A stretch of 64,000 nucleotides of DNA from Mayamaea pseudoterrestris (GCA_027923505.1 BROI01000001.1:2170001-2234000); one strand, 5' to 3'; shown: positions 13,673 to 26,417, counted from the stretch's first letter. Numbers and translations: made by a program. The notes: a model not told the origin generated them from the sequence alone.

Positions 13673-14490
13673 ATGCAGCTACTGGGTGCAGGAGCATCCC
13701 AATGTCTTCGCGGGTAGCAGTGAGAGACCTTGCAGGACGGCGACTTTTATATTCCATCATGCCATATTGTCGAGACGGTGAGTCTGTTTGGAGTCGTCGT
13801 TCAGTATGCAGAGGAGGTGGAGGAGCAGCTGGAATGCCAGAACCTGTTGCTCGCTTTTGGTTTCGACAAATCTTGCGGGTGCGCGTCATGGGGAGCTCGA
13901 GTGAGCGCTAGTTGTATTACTGTTCACTCACATGTAGCCATTTACTGTTTTCAGGAGTCTGGATCATTTACAGAAGGAAGGCGTTTGCCACCGTGACTTA
14001 TCTTTAGAAAATGTTTTGGTGGATGGCGAGAAATGCATGATAATCGACATGGGCATGTGTTTGCGCGTACCTACACTGATCATAAGCGTACAAAACGCAG
14101 TCTGAACGTTGTACGAGGAACGATACGGCGCCTGATGAAACCCCAAGGTGTCTGCGGCAAGCATAACACATGTCACCTAGAGTGTTTGCAAACATAAAGA
14201 AAACTTTGATGGATTTGCAATTGATCTGTGGGCGGCTGGGTCATTTTGTACATTATGCTGACAAGGGTTCCACCATACGACCAAAGCAAGTCCAGACTGA
14301 CCAAAGATTTGAGCTGATGGTATCTGGCAGGCTCATGGAGCAACTTGCAATTGGGACATAATACCCAACCGACGAGGCTGGCGACCTCATGCAAAGATGT
14401 AGGTACAAACGGGATCGGCTAACTTACTGGCCGAGGTTATGTCTCATCCATGGAGTTACTAATGACCACGTGGAAAGCGCCACCTCCATA
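13673..14490 (+). pseudogene. Ser/Thr protein kinase (CAMK-like), 5'-truncated and frameshifted
   Basis: Fragments across frames: HPNV, YSIMPYCRDG, GMPEPVARFWFRQIL, VCHRDLSLENVLVD, IIDMGMCLRVP. Probable intron at ~13878-13954. The end is approximate. Confidence 0.8.
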
Positions 14491-15357
14491 GCACCTCCTT
14501 TATTTTAATCAGGACTGACTATGTGTTAACTACTTCAACAAACGTAGGACCGACATGTCACGTGAACTCGTAGCTGAGAAGGGCTGGCTTGGATACACTA
14601 AAGCTATTCGGAACGTGAGACTGATGGAGCATTTTCTACAGTACGTAGGCGAAGAACATCATTGGTTAACATTATAAAGAAACGAGAAACGTTTCATCAA
14701 TTCAAGACCAAAAGCTACCTTAATATCGTAGTATCCGTTTGATTGCTATTAGCCGTCACTTGTGCTACCTGAACACCACTCAGCTTCTCGTTTCTCTAAA
14801 AGCGATGTTGGAAATCTTCCGCATGATCAGCCGCATCTCCCAACTTGAACGATTACCACAGTGACGACCATCGAGTGGCCACTTAGATAATGTTCGCTGC
14901 ATAACCTTCTTTAGTATTAGCCATGGAGCAATGTTTTCTGCTCGTAGGAGACAAATGCATAGTAATCTGCAAATATCGTAACAAGACAAGCAAAGGGTCA
15001 GCCGCATGATGGAAATGGTGCGAAACGTTTTCCAAATGACATAAGAGCAGTAAATCTCACCTCTGCATCAAGACCAGGCTTCTTTTTCCCACCATTTGAC
15101 CATGGATTGGATTCGCGCTTAATCGCGAGCACATGTTCGAGCAAAAGCACCAAGAGCCGCCATGGTCGATTGTGGCTGCAGATTGTGACGTTGAAGGCAG
15201 CGGCGACATAAGGATCTACTTTAGTCTCAAGCAACTGTGCAGCTCTTAGTGGGCGTTGTACAATGTGACACACAGTAGATGTGGTGGTCATCAGTCGTGC
15301 ATGACCTGGAAACCAGCAACGACATTTTCCTTCGATAAGCCTTCATCTTTCATCTCC

Positions 15358-16580
15358 ATGCCAATGAACAACCAACAATCAGATGTGCACAAGTTTGACT
15401 GGCACGGTCAGCCGGAATAAGCTCCACCCAAAGCACGAAAATCCGAAGCCGAAGTGAAGATTAATGATTCACCATTCAGTGTCGCCAGACTTGTTGAACA
15501 GGCTGGTCCACCAGTCTCTCAGCTTCCCTAAACCTCGTATTCTACAATGCCATCGAAAAATCATATGGGCGTCAAGAACCACCAAACAGGAGATTTCATT
15601 GAAAATCAAATTAATATTTTGTGTCCGTGGGCGACATCGACCGAGCTTATGTCGTCGAAGACGATAGCGAAAGTTCCTCTGGACTGGTGCGGCTTTGTAT
15701 TCCTCTCAAGAAGAAGTCGGCAACCGAGCCTTATAGCGCAGCGCAATGGGAAACTACAGATGAAGCTTGTCGTCTTAGCAACGTTATTGCAAGATGCAGG
15801 CCAAGCAAAGGATCCACTGAAGGTAACCTTGTACTGCAATACGTGGGTGACTATCACCCTCATGTTCTCGGTTGCGAGGTGATCTTTCAAGATGCTGACT
15901 ACCTTTACATTGTTACCAAGTACTGTGCGGGAGAGACTTGTATCTGAAAAATGCAACGAACACTGAGTATTCGAGGACGCAGTTGCCTTTCTCAAACCGG
16001 AGCTACTGCAAGCTCGCGTATGGTTTCGACAGCTCATTCAGGCCATTAGTCATTTGCAGACAGAAAGGAGTCTGTCACCTTGACATTTCAGCTCGAAAAT
16101 TTACTCATAGACGACCACAACAACTTGCAGTTGGTCGACTTTGGATCAGCATATAGAGTACCGTAGTAGCTCTGCATGCACAGGGTCATGTTCTGCATAT
16201 CTGATGGGTCGGAGCGCCGATTGATTTCGGCTCCCGATCAAGGAGGTGACGCACCTACTTGGCACCGGAAAATGGTGGACAGGGTTCCTTTTGACGGCTT
16301 CGCATGTGACATTTGGTCTGCTGGTATTGTTTTATTCATTCTCTTGGTCGACATGGCACCATTTCAGTGGGCGCATCTTTCAGATCTCCGCTTCCAGCAA
16401 AATTGCTCAGGGACGCTTGAAGGAAGGTTCGGGGAGCTTGAAAAATTTCCGTGAGCGATGACGCCTGTCAGATTTTTTGCTTCTCCAGAACATGATGATG
16501 CATGATCCAAAGCAAGAGACTAAATATCAAACAGATCACGGAGCATCCATGGTTCACAGGATAGATATAAGACGTTGCGA
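15358..16580 (+). pseudogene. Second Ser/Thr kinase of the same family, frameshifted (pseudogene or sequence error)
   Basis: LQYVGDYHPHVLGCEVIFQDADYLYIVTKYC, GVCHLDIS, LVDFGSA and PFDGFACDIWSAGIVLFILL occur in shifting frames. Ends are approximate. Confidence 0.8.
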
Positions 16581-16680
16581 CTGCATTAATCTTTTAATCA
16601 ACTGGCCGTTTTTATACAAGCGTCATTTAACTACGCACAACGATTTCTTTTGCTTTGTAAACTAGAAAATCGACTCCAAA

Positions 16681-17773
16681 TCATTTCGCGCTTTGCACCT
16701 TGATGGAGACTTCGTTCAAGCGCTTCCATGGTGGCGTGAATGGATCGTTATATTGCGACAGCGTAACTGCCTTAGCACCTGGGACAATTTCCCATTCCTT
16801 GCTGCTCCGCTAGACCTTGCATCAGTTGTTCCCCTTCCGGCGGTTCGTTTCCACTTTTCGATGCATATCCGCCAAACATTATAACTGCGCGACGTTGTCC
16901 CCCTGCAGGGCCAAGCCTCACGCCACTCCCTTCAATTGGTTGTGGGGCTTGTGTCAACCGGTCGCTACTCCAGAAATCGGAGGGCATGACGAAGGATCAT
17001 CTTTCGTTGGTCGCCACTTTCGTCCATGAGCACTGGAATCGTCATTTTCATTGGCGTTTGCTGTTGATTCTTTCCGAAAAAGATACCCGGCAAGAAGTAT
17101 ATTAAAGGATCCAGCGCTGACTGTCTTGGGTTTGTCGTTGTTCGGGCGCGCGTCGTCGTCAGAGGGGTTCGCGGCGCCCTTGAGACGACGGAGCACACCT
17201 GCAAAGGGCTGGTATTGTCTATATTCGATACCATCTCGGCCGGCTCGGACCAGGATGTCATACTTTGGTGTCTCGAGGTCTTCACCCATGCGTCTTCGGA
17301 GCTCATCTTGTGCCCGAGGTGCAAAAGCTTTTCTTTAGCTCCCGACGAGCCTTGTATTCATCACGCGAATCGCAGGAGTCCGTAGTCCTCGCAGCAGTTT
17401 CTCTTTAATTGTGCTAGTCGACCTCGTCTGGCTCTGTGGGCCAATTGTCTCAAGATTGATACAAGCACTCGCCGTCGGCGGCGCAGTTGGTCAATTGCGT
17501 CGACACCATTCGAGTCATTTGCATCTTCGTCCGATGGAGGAGGTGTCGTGATATCAAGCGTTCTTTGCAGCGATGCCATGCGCAACCTTTTCGAAAATCT
17601 TGTGAGCAGTCTAGAGCGACTCAAAATGCTTGGTCGGTTCGATCGGGTCCCTGAGAAAGGAGGGTGTTCAAGAATTCATCGATTTCTCTTGAATCAGTTC
17701 CATTGGAACGCATTTCATTCAATTCATTGACGAGGTTGCGGCAGCAGAAGAGTTGAAACTTTTTAAAGCATCA
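16681..17773 (-). pseudogene. SOUL heme-binding family protein, frameshifted
   Basis: LETPKY, LAGYLF/FGKNQ, MKMTIPV, MPSDFW, AVIMFGG and the C-terminus QYNDPFTPPWKRLNEV, with the stop at 16681. The start is approximate. Confidence 0.8.
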
Positions 17774-18089
17774 TATAGAAGCGTGATTTCTCTGTCATAT
17801 GGTATACTTCTGATTCTTCAATGGTAACGCTGGGAACGTCCGCATAATTGTCGACTGTTGACGTTTCTGCCTCGGCAGCGAGTGGAAAAAGCACAGTCAT
17901 TTTCAGGTGATGGGCACCGTCCGCTTTTTACATCCTTTTCCAACTGACGAAAGGAACCCGTCGGCTACATACGCTAGCAGGCATGCGATCACTAAGGCGA
18001 TTGAACGGACGCTTTTTCGCCATGGTATGGTGGTAGGAAGCCAAAAAAATGAAAGCCAAAGATTCGCTGCAATGGTAATGACGTCACGC

Positions 18090-19263
18090 ATGTCTTGCCG
18101 GTACTACCGTCAAGCTTTCGTTCCACTCGCTACCAAGCCATGGCACTATGAAACTATGATTGCAACCAACAAAAAATGTTGCGCCGCTCAGTAACCGGTA
18201 GCTCCTTGTCTTCAGCGAAATCCACAGTGGCACTCCAGAAGATTGTTGCATGGATCCGAAGATAAATTCGGAGGTCTTCCGATCGACGAAGGCCCTGCCG
18301 CCGAAGTCATCACGTCGACACAATCATATCTTTCTCCCGCGGATTTACATCAGCTTGTTACGCATCAAGCGTCTGCCATTCATGTTCGGATTTTCCCAAA
18401 GACAGCAGCCAAGACACTAGGAGAGAAGCTAACTTTCCGTGCGAGGCTGGATTGGCGCGCAACTGGAAAGTAAGCACGAGTCGCGGGTTAGAGTCGAGCG
18501 ATGTTTCGACACTGGGTGCCATGATCCTTTAATATTGTGTCGGCGTGCTGCCAGTACGGACAAGCGGGATGATTACTTTGAAGGGTTTCTCGAAGTTGCA
18601 GAACCGACGGGTTGCTGAGCAATCAGATGGACGCTCCTTCCTCAACTATGGCCGCTCGACTTGCTGCGTCTCCGGTTAGATGAGCATGGTCCGGAAGGTG
18701 CTGGCGCTGGCACCTTCCTGTGAAACGACCGTTTGGTGGGGTGTTTGACGCGTGTGATGAAGGGTCTACGCGCTGGAATCAGGTTTCATTCCCGTCGATG
18801 AAATGGGACCTTTAGATCCAAACCAGAGTTATTTTCCCAACATATACTTGCAGCTGCCAAGGCACCATAAAGACGAAAATGTATCTGCTGCTACATGTCA
18901 TAAAGAGACGCTTCGCATATGGCCGGTTGGTGTGCGCTCTCGCTGGGATTGTTATCGCAATGCGCTCTTGTTATCTGGCTTACACTGGCCTGATCTGGAA
19001 GCGCAGATGCGGCTACGAACGACGCTTGGACAGGCCCAAACTATTGCAGTGGAGCCTGGAGATCTTGTTCTCATTTGCGCACAAAGACGTAAGTTAGACT
19101 GATCACTTTCTTCTGTTGAGTTGAGTCCGAGTCACTAACACACTAACTGGACACCATACGCTCAGCTCACGAAGCGATTGGGTTTCAACATGGAATCAGA
19201 ATATCTCTGCAATGCTTTTTACAACATCATGGGCCAGATAAGCGACTGCTGATTGACTCCTGA
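18090..19263 (+). pseudogene. Possible 2OG-Fe(II) dioxygenase-like protein, frameshifted
   Basis: H-x-D-like segment before MGPLDP, then NIYLQLP, VEPGDLVLI, an intron, and [17 protein letters not shown] (distal His and R-x-S). Stop at 19261-19263; the start is uncertain. Confidence 0.5.
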
Positions 19264-19929
19264 TGGCGCCTCCGATATGTGTGCAGTTGAACGACTCGAT
19301 GGATCAACAGGCTACTTAAAGCGGTATATGCTTCCTGGCAACTGTACACATAAACGCTAGTATCATGCAAATGGGTTCAATGGAGGGATTTGTATGTTGA
19401 TCCGCTGGCGGAGTTTATTCCCCTGGTCATACCAACTACCAATATCGGTACACCTTGCGTTCATACTTTTGCCGCATTTTTCTGTAAAAGCACAGCCTGT
19501 CCTTGCATACGTATCACCCTTTATCATGTACGACGTAGGTATGTACATACAGGACAATGTACTCACTGTCAGTACTGTACTCCACTGTAGTACTATGGCG
19601 CCATGCTAGCAAGTTCCTATGAGATGAGAAGACTATCTCTGGCACCTCAAGCTTTGAACAGCACCCAAAGTTTGAACAGTGGACAAAATTTGCTGCCACA
19701 CATCCATCAAGGTAGTGGCAGTTATTCTGCCACTGTTAACCCCAATGATCAATCTACTAGTTTATCAATCATGCTTTGTTACGGTCACCCTTAAGGACAC
19801 AGGATGTCACACATTTATTTCTCTCCGTTTGAGGCATCTGCATCTGTGTCGTTCCACCAACCAGACAATGCCATTGCACTCTCCATGGACTGCAATAAGG
19901 TGGCACTCAAAGCTTGCCAGAGAATGGAC

Positions 19930-20640
19930 TCCATTCTGGCTTGATTTGGGCGTACTCATGGCTCTAGGTATGAGCATTTGAAAATCACAGCATCTGCTGG
20001 CTGAGACTGGTGACAAGTTGTCACCAATCGCATTGCAGTCTACTGAGGGACCAGCCAGGCAATCCATCTTGTAGCGCACCTGAAATAAGGATGTTAGCAC
20101 CATTCTGGCTTGATTTGGGCAAACAGATGGCTCTAGGTATGGGCATTTGAATATTACGGCATCTGCTGGCTGAGACTGGTGACACGTTGCCACCAATCGC
20201 ATTGCAGTCTACTGAGGGACCAGCCAGTCAACGTATCTTGTAGCGCATCTGAAAAAAGATGTTAGCACCATTCTAGCTTGATTTGGGCATACGCATGGCT
20301 CTAGGTATGGGCATTTGAAAAGCCTGTCATCTGCTGGCTGAGACTGGTGACAAGTTGTCACCAATCACATTGCCATCTACTGAGGGATTAGCCAGGCAAT
20401 TCATCTTGTAGCGCATTTGAAATAAGGATGTTAGCACGATTCTGGCTTGATTTGGGCATGCGCATGGCTCTAGGTATGGGCATTGAAAATCACGGCATCT
20501 GCTGGCTGAGACTGGTGACAAGTTGTCAACAATCACATTGCAGTCTACTGAGGGACCAGCACAGGCAATTCATCGTGTAGCGCACCTGATAAAAAGATGT
20601 TAGCACCATTCTATTTGATTTGAAATACACATGGCTCTAG
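19930..20640 (+). repeat. 169-bp satellite, diverged subfamily B (~4 monomers), same orientation as the A arrays
   Basis: Keeps GAGACTGGTGACAAGTTGTCACCAA but has GGCTCTAGGTATGGGC and TGGCTTGATTTGGG variants. Switches abruptly to subfamily A at ~20641. Confidence 0.92.
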
Positions 20641-23600
20641 GTTGAGACTGGTGACAAGTTGTCACCAAATACATTGCCATCCCCTGAGACACCAGCCAAG
20701 CCTACCATCTTGTAGCGCAGCCTGAATAATGATGTTGGCACCATTCTGGTGTATTTGGGGCACCTACAGGGCTTGCTGTAGGGGCGTTTGAATGTCACGG
20801 CATCTGTGGGTTGAGACTGGTGACAAGTTGTCACCAAATACATTGCCATCCCCTGAGACACCAGCCAAGCCTACCATCTTGTAGCGCAGCCTGAATAATG
20901 ATGTTGGCACCATTCTGGTGTATTCTGGGCACCTACAGGGCTTGCTGTAGGGGCGTTTGAATGTCACGGCATCTGCGGGATGAGACTGGTGACAAGTTGT
21001 CACTAAATACATTGCCATCCCCTGAGACACCAGCCAAGCCTACCATCTTGTAGCGTAGCCTGAATAATGATGTTGGCACCATTCTGGTGTATTTTGGGCA
21101 CCTACAGGGCTTGCTGTAGGGGCATTTGAATGTCACGGCATCTGCGGGCTGAGACTGGTGACAAGTTGTCACCATATGCATTGCCATCCCCTGAGACACC
21201 CGCCAAGCCTACCATCTTGTAGCGCAGCCTGAATAATGATGTTGGCACCATTCTGGTGTATTTTGGGCACCTACAGGGCTTGCTGTAGGGGCGTTTGAAT
21301 GTCACGGCATCTGCGGGCTGAGACTGGTGACAAGTTGTCACCAAATACATTGCGATCCCCTGAGACACCAGCCAAGCCTACCATCTTGTAGCTCAGCCTA
21401 AATAATGATGTTGGCACCATTCTGGTGTATTTTGGGCACCTACAGGGCTTGCTGTAGGGGCGTTTGAATGTCACGGCATCTGCGGGGCTGAGACTGGTGA
21501 CAAGTTGTCACCAAATACATTGCCATCCCCTGAGACACCAGCCAAGCCTACCATCTTGTCGCGCAGCCTGAATAATGATGTCGGCACCATTCTGGTGTAT
21601 TTTGGGCACCTACAGGGCTTGCTGTAGGGGCGTTTGAATGTCACAGCAACTGCGGGATGAGACTGGTGACAAGTTGTCACCAAATACATTGCCATCCCCT
21701 GAGACACCAGCCAAGCCTACCATCTTGTAGCGCAGCCTGAATAATGATGTTGGCACCATTCTGGTGTATTTTGGGCACCTACAGGGCTTGCTGTAGGGGC
21801 GTTTGAATGTCACGGCATCTGCAGGATGAGACTGGTGACAAGTTGTCACCAAATACATTTCCATCCCCTGAGACACCAGCCAAGCCTACCATCTTGTAGC
21901 GCAGCCTGAATAATGATGTTGGCACCATTCTGGTGTATTTTGGGCACCTGCAGGGCTTGCTGTAGGGGCATTTGAATGTCACGGCGTCTGCGGGATGAGA
22001 CTGGTGACAAGTTGTCACCAAATACATTGCCATCCCCTGAGACACCAGCCAAGCCTACCATCTTGTAGCGCAGCCTGAATAATGATGTTGGCACCATTCT
22101 GGTGTATTTTGGGCACCTACAGGGCTTGCTGTAGGGGCGTTTGAATGTCACAGCAACTGCGGGCTGAGACTGGTGACAAGTTGTCACCAAATACATTGCC
22201 ATCCCCTGAGACACCAGCCAAGCCTACCATCTTGTAGCGCAGCCTAAATAATGATGTTGGCACCATTCTGGTGTATTTTGGGCACCTACAGGGCTTGCTG
22301 TAGGGGCATTTGAATGTCACGGCAACTGCGGGCTGAGACTGGTGACAAGTTGTCACCAAATACATTGCCATCCCCTGAGACACCAGCCAAGCCTACCATC
22401 TTGTAGCGCAGCCTGAATAATGATGTTGGCACCATTCTGGTGTATTTTGGGCACCTACAGGGCTTGCTGTAGGGGCGTTTGAATGTCACGGCATCTGCAG
22501 GATGAGACTGGTGACAAGTTGTCACCAAATACATTGCCATCCCCTGAGACACCAGCCAAGCCTACCATCTTGTAGCGCAGCCTGAATAATGATGTTGGCA
22601 CCATTCTGGTGTATTTTGGGCACCTACAGGGCTTGCTGTAGGGGCATTTGAATGTCACGGCAACTGCGGGCTGAGACTGGTGACAAGTTGTCACCAAATA
22701 CATTGCCATCCCCTGAGACACCAGCCAAGCCTACCTTCTTGTAGCGCAGCCTGAATAATGATGTTGGCACCATTCTGGTGTATTTTGGGCACCTACAGGG
22801 CTTGCTGTAGGGGCGTTTGAATGTCACGGCATCTGCGGGCTGAGACTGGTGACAAGTTGTCACCAAATACATTGCGATCCCCTGAGACACCAGCCAAGCC
22901 TACCATCTTGTAGCGCAGCCTGAATAATGATGTTGGCACCATTCTGGTGTATTTTGGGCACCTACAGGGCTTGCTGTAGGGGCGTTTGAATGTCACGGCA
23001 TCTGCAGGATGAGACTGGTGACAAGTTGTCCCCAAATACATTGCCATCCCCTGAGACACAGCCAAGCCTACCATCTTGTAGCGCAGCCTGAATAATGATG
23101 TTGGCACCATTCTGGTGTATTTTGGGCACCTACAGGGCTTGCTGTAGGGGCGTTTGAATGTCACGGCATCTGTGGGCTGAGACTGGTGACAAGTTGTCAC
23201 CAAATACATTGCCATCCCCTGAGACACCAGCCAAGCCTACCATCTTCTAGCGCAGCCTGAATTATGATGTTGGCACCATTCTGGTGTATTTTGGGCACCT
23301 ACAGGGCTTGCTGTAGGGACGTTTGAATGTCATGGCATCTGCGGGCTGAGACTAGTGACAAGTTGTCACCAAATACGTTGCCATCCCCTGGGACACCAGC
23401 CAAGCCTACCATCTTGTAGCGCAGCCTGAATAATGATGTTGGCACCATTCTGGTGTATTTTGGGCACCTACAGGGCTTGCTGTAGGGGCGTTTGAATGTC
23501 ACGGCATCTGCGGGCTGAGACTGGTGACAAGTTGTCACCAAATACATTGCCATCCCCTGAGACACCAGCCAAGCCTACCATCTTGTAGCGCAGCCTGATT

Positions 23601-25269
23601 AATGATGTTGGCACCATTCTGGTGTATTTTGGGCACCTACAGGGCTTGCTGTAGGGGCATTTGAATGTCACGGCATCTGCGGGATGAGACTGGTGACAAG
23701 TTGTCACCAAATACATTGCCATCCCCTGAGACACCAGCCAAGCCTACCTTCTTTTAGCGCAGCCTGAATAATGATGTTGGCACCATTCTGGTGTATTTTG
23801 GGCACCTAGAGGGCTTGCTGTAGGGGCGTTTGAATGTCACGGCATCTGCGGGATGAGACTGGTGACAAGTTGTCACCAAATACATTGCCATCCCCTGAGA
23901 CACCAGCCAAGCCTACCATCTTGTAGCGCAGCCTGAATAATGATGTTGGCACCATTCTAGTGTATTTTGGGCACCTACAGGGCTTGCTGTGGTGGCGTTT
24001 CAATGTCACGGCATCTGCGGAATGAGACTGGTGACAAGTTGTCACCAAATACATTGCCATCCCCTGAGACACCAGCCAAGCCTACCATCTTGTAGCGCAG
24101 CCTGAATAATGATGGTGGCACCATTCTGGTGTATTTTGGGCACCTACAGGGCTTGCTGTAGGGGCGTTTGAATGTCACGGCATCTGCGGGCTGAGACTGG
24201 TGACAAGTTGTCACCAAATACATTGCCATCCCCTGAGACACCAGCCAAGCCTACCATCTTGTAGCGCAGCCTGAATAATGATGTTGGCACCATTCTGGTG
24301 TATTTTGGGCACCTACAGGGCTTGCTGTAGGGGCGTTTGAAAGTCACGGCATCTGTGGGCTGAGACTGGTGACAAGTTGTCACCAAATACATTGCCATCC
24401 CCTGAGACATTAGCCAAGCCTACCATCTTGTAGCGCAGCCTGAATAATGATGTTGGCACCATTCTGGTGTATTTTGGGCACCTACAGGGCTTGCTGTAGG
24501 GGCATTTGAATGTCACGGCATCTGCGGGATGAGACTGGTGACAAGTTGTCACCAAATACATTGCCATCCCCTGAGACACCAGCCAAGCCTACCATCTTGT
24601 AGCGCAGCCTAAATAATGATGTTGGCACCATTCTGGTGTATTTTGGGCACCTACAGGGCTTGCTGTAGGGGCGTTTGAATGTCACGGCAACTGCGGGCTG
24701 AGACTGGTGACAAGTTGTCACCAAATACATTGCCATCCCCTGAGACACCAGCCAAGCCTACCATCTTGTAGCGCAGCCTAAATAATGATGTTGGCACCAT
24801 TCTGGTGTATTTTGGGCACCTACAGGGCTTGCTGTAGGGGCGTTTGAATGTCACGGCAACTGCGGGCTGAGACTGGTGACAAGTTGTCACCAAATACATT
24901 GCCATCCCCTGAGACACCAGCCAAGCCTACCATCTTGTAGCGCAGCCTGAATAATGATGTTGGCACCATTCTGGTGTATTTTGGGCACCTACAGGGCTTG
25001 CTGTAGGGGCATTTGAATGTAACGGCATCTGCGGGCTGAGACTGGTGACAAGTTGTCACCAAATACATTGCCATCCCCTGAGACACCAGCCAAGCCTACC
25101 ATCTTGTAGCGCAGCCTGAATAATGATGTTGGCACCATTCTGGTGTATTTTGGGCACCTACAGGGCTTGCTGTAGGGGCGTTTGAATGTCACGGCATCTG
25201 CGGGATGAGACTGGTGACAAGTTGTCACCAAATACATTGCCATCCCCTGAGACACCAGCCAAGCCTACC
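20641..25269 (+). repeat. 169-bp satellite subfamily A, array 2 (~27 monomers)
   Basis: 169-bp period; most monomers read AATGTCACGG. Ends at the TG of LTR C. Confidence 0.99.
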
Positions 25270-25463
25270 TGTTATGAATACGCACTCGCCATGACTCATT
25301 AATATCCTATTCTGTCCACCATCCATTTCATCGCTGTGCTCAGCCACTCGATTAGCAAGAGTCTCCTGGCGCTTACCGCCATGATCTCGTTAATGTAACA
25401 ATTCAACGTTATTGAACTAGTCTGCTTCGAGTGTCTGCTGTAGTACCTTGTGGCCCTTCAACA
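25270..25463 (+). repeat. Putative 5' LTR of copia family C (194 bp)
   Basis: Sharp junction with the satellite, TGTT...AACA termini, followed by a gag-like ORF. There is no partner LTR, so the 3' boundary is inferred. Confidence 0.75.
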
Positions 25464-25539
25464 GAATTGTTACATCTTACCCACCCTTCTCTTCGCTTTA
25501 CTCATCTTTCCCTGCTCCGTGCCTCCAAAGCTCCTCACG

Positions 25540-26307
25540 ATGTTGATCAAACTTCCTGAGTTGACGCCCTTGCCCGCCCTCACCACCGAACCCAACTATG
25601 CTAATCTGCTTCTACTCAACAATGCTCTATGTGAACAAGCCCGCAAGATCCCTCTCCGTAATGGCGACGAAACTTTCGGTCACGATTTCCTTTGCCTCCA
25701 ACCTGCTCAATACGCCTACCGTCACCCCGACACTCCTTTCGTCATGCCTGCTCAGCCAGCCGCTCTTGCTGATGCCAATGACGACATGCCTACCAACGCC
25801 CTTACCGAACGCAATCGCAAGTACAAAGATGCGCTTAACGATTTCAACACGATGCACCTTGCTGACGTAGCCCTCAAAGCGCTCATCATTGCTGCCGTCC
25901 CCGAAACTTACTACGCGGTTTTGAAACACCCCCTTCACAACTACGCCACCATCACTACTCTCCAACTGCTCACGCACTTGTTACTTACCTACGCCAACAT
26001 CACTGGTCCCGAACAAGATGAAAACGTTCAGCGCCTCCATGCCCCCTGGGATCCCAACGAACCCATCGAAACCATTTGGAGTCGCATCACTGAAGTTACC
26101 GATTTTACCATCGCAGCCGGCGAAACACTCAGTGAAAGAACCATCGTCCGCTACACACTTACCGTCCTCGAAAACAGTGGTGTCTTCAACGAAGCTGTTG
26201 CACGATTTGAACACGAATTCTGCCACACCCATTCCGGCCGTCCAGGCCAAGACCGGCACAAGCCCTCGCCAAGGCCACGGATTGCCCTGAACTACACCAT
26301 CCCCTGA
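25540..26307 (+). CDS. Gag-like protein of a diatom-type copia element (family C), truncated by the family A block
   Basis: EPNYANL...GHDFLCL.PAQY...AAVPETY...LLTHL..TY..IT...PWDPNEPIETIW resembles diatom copia Gag. This is recognition from memory, not a search result. Confidence 0.7.
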   Translation: MLIKLPELTPLPALTTEPNYANLLLLNNALCEQARKIPLRNGDETFGHDFLCLQPAQYAYRHPDTPFVMPAQPAALADANDDMPTNALTERNRKYKDALNDFNTMHLADVALKALIIAAVPETYYAVLKHPLHNYATITTLQLLTHLLLTYANITGPEQDENVQRLHAPWDPNEPIETIWSRITEVTDFTIAAGETLSERTIVRYTLTVLENSGVFNEAVARFEHEFCHTHSGRPGQDRHKPSPRPRIALNYTIP

Positions 26308-26417
26308 GACATCAGCGTACTGCAGCTCTTCCATCTGTACGCGCAGCCTAATGGCACCACCACCACGCCTGCTCAGCTTTCAACGCCAGCGCCCACCTTA
26401 CACCTGCCACACGCTCC

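Noticed and set aside
19690..19800. Possible degenerate reverse copy of the 348-bp satellite
   Set aside because: Only short scattered matches; not convincing without an alignment.
126..25255. Dozens of repeated 88-aa ORFs (MSQGMAMYLVTTCHQ...)
   Set aside because: They are a by-product of a 169-bp repeat whose length is not a multiple of 3. They have non-ATG starts, overlap each other and show no domain.
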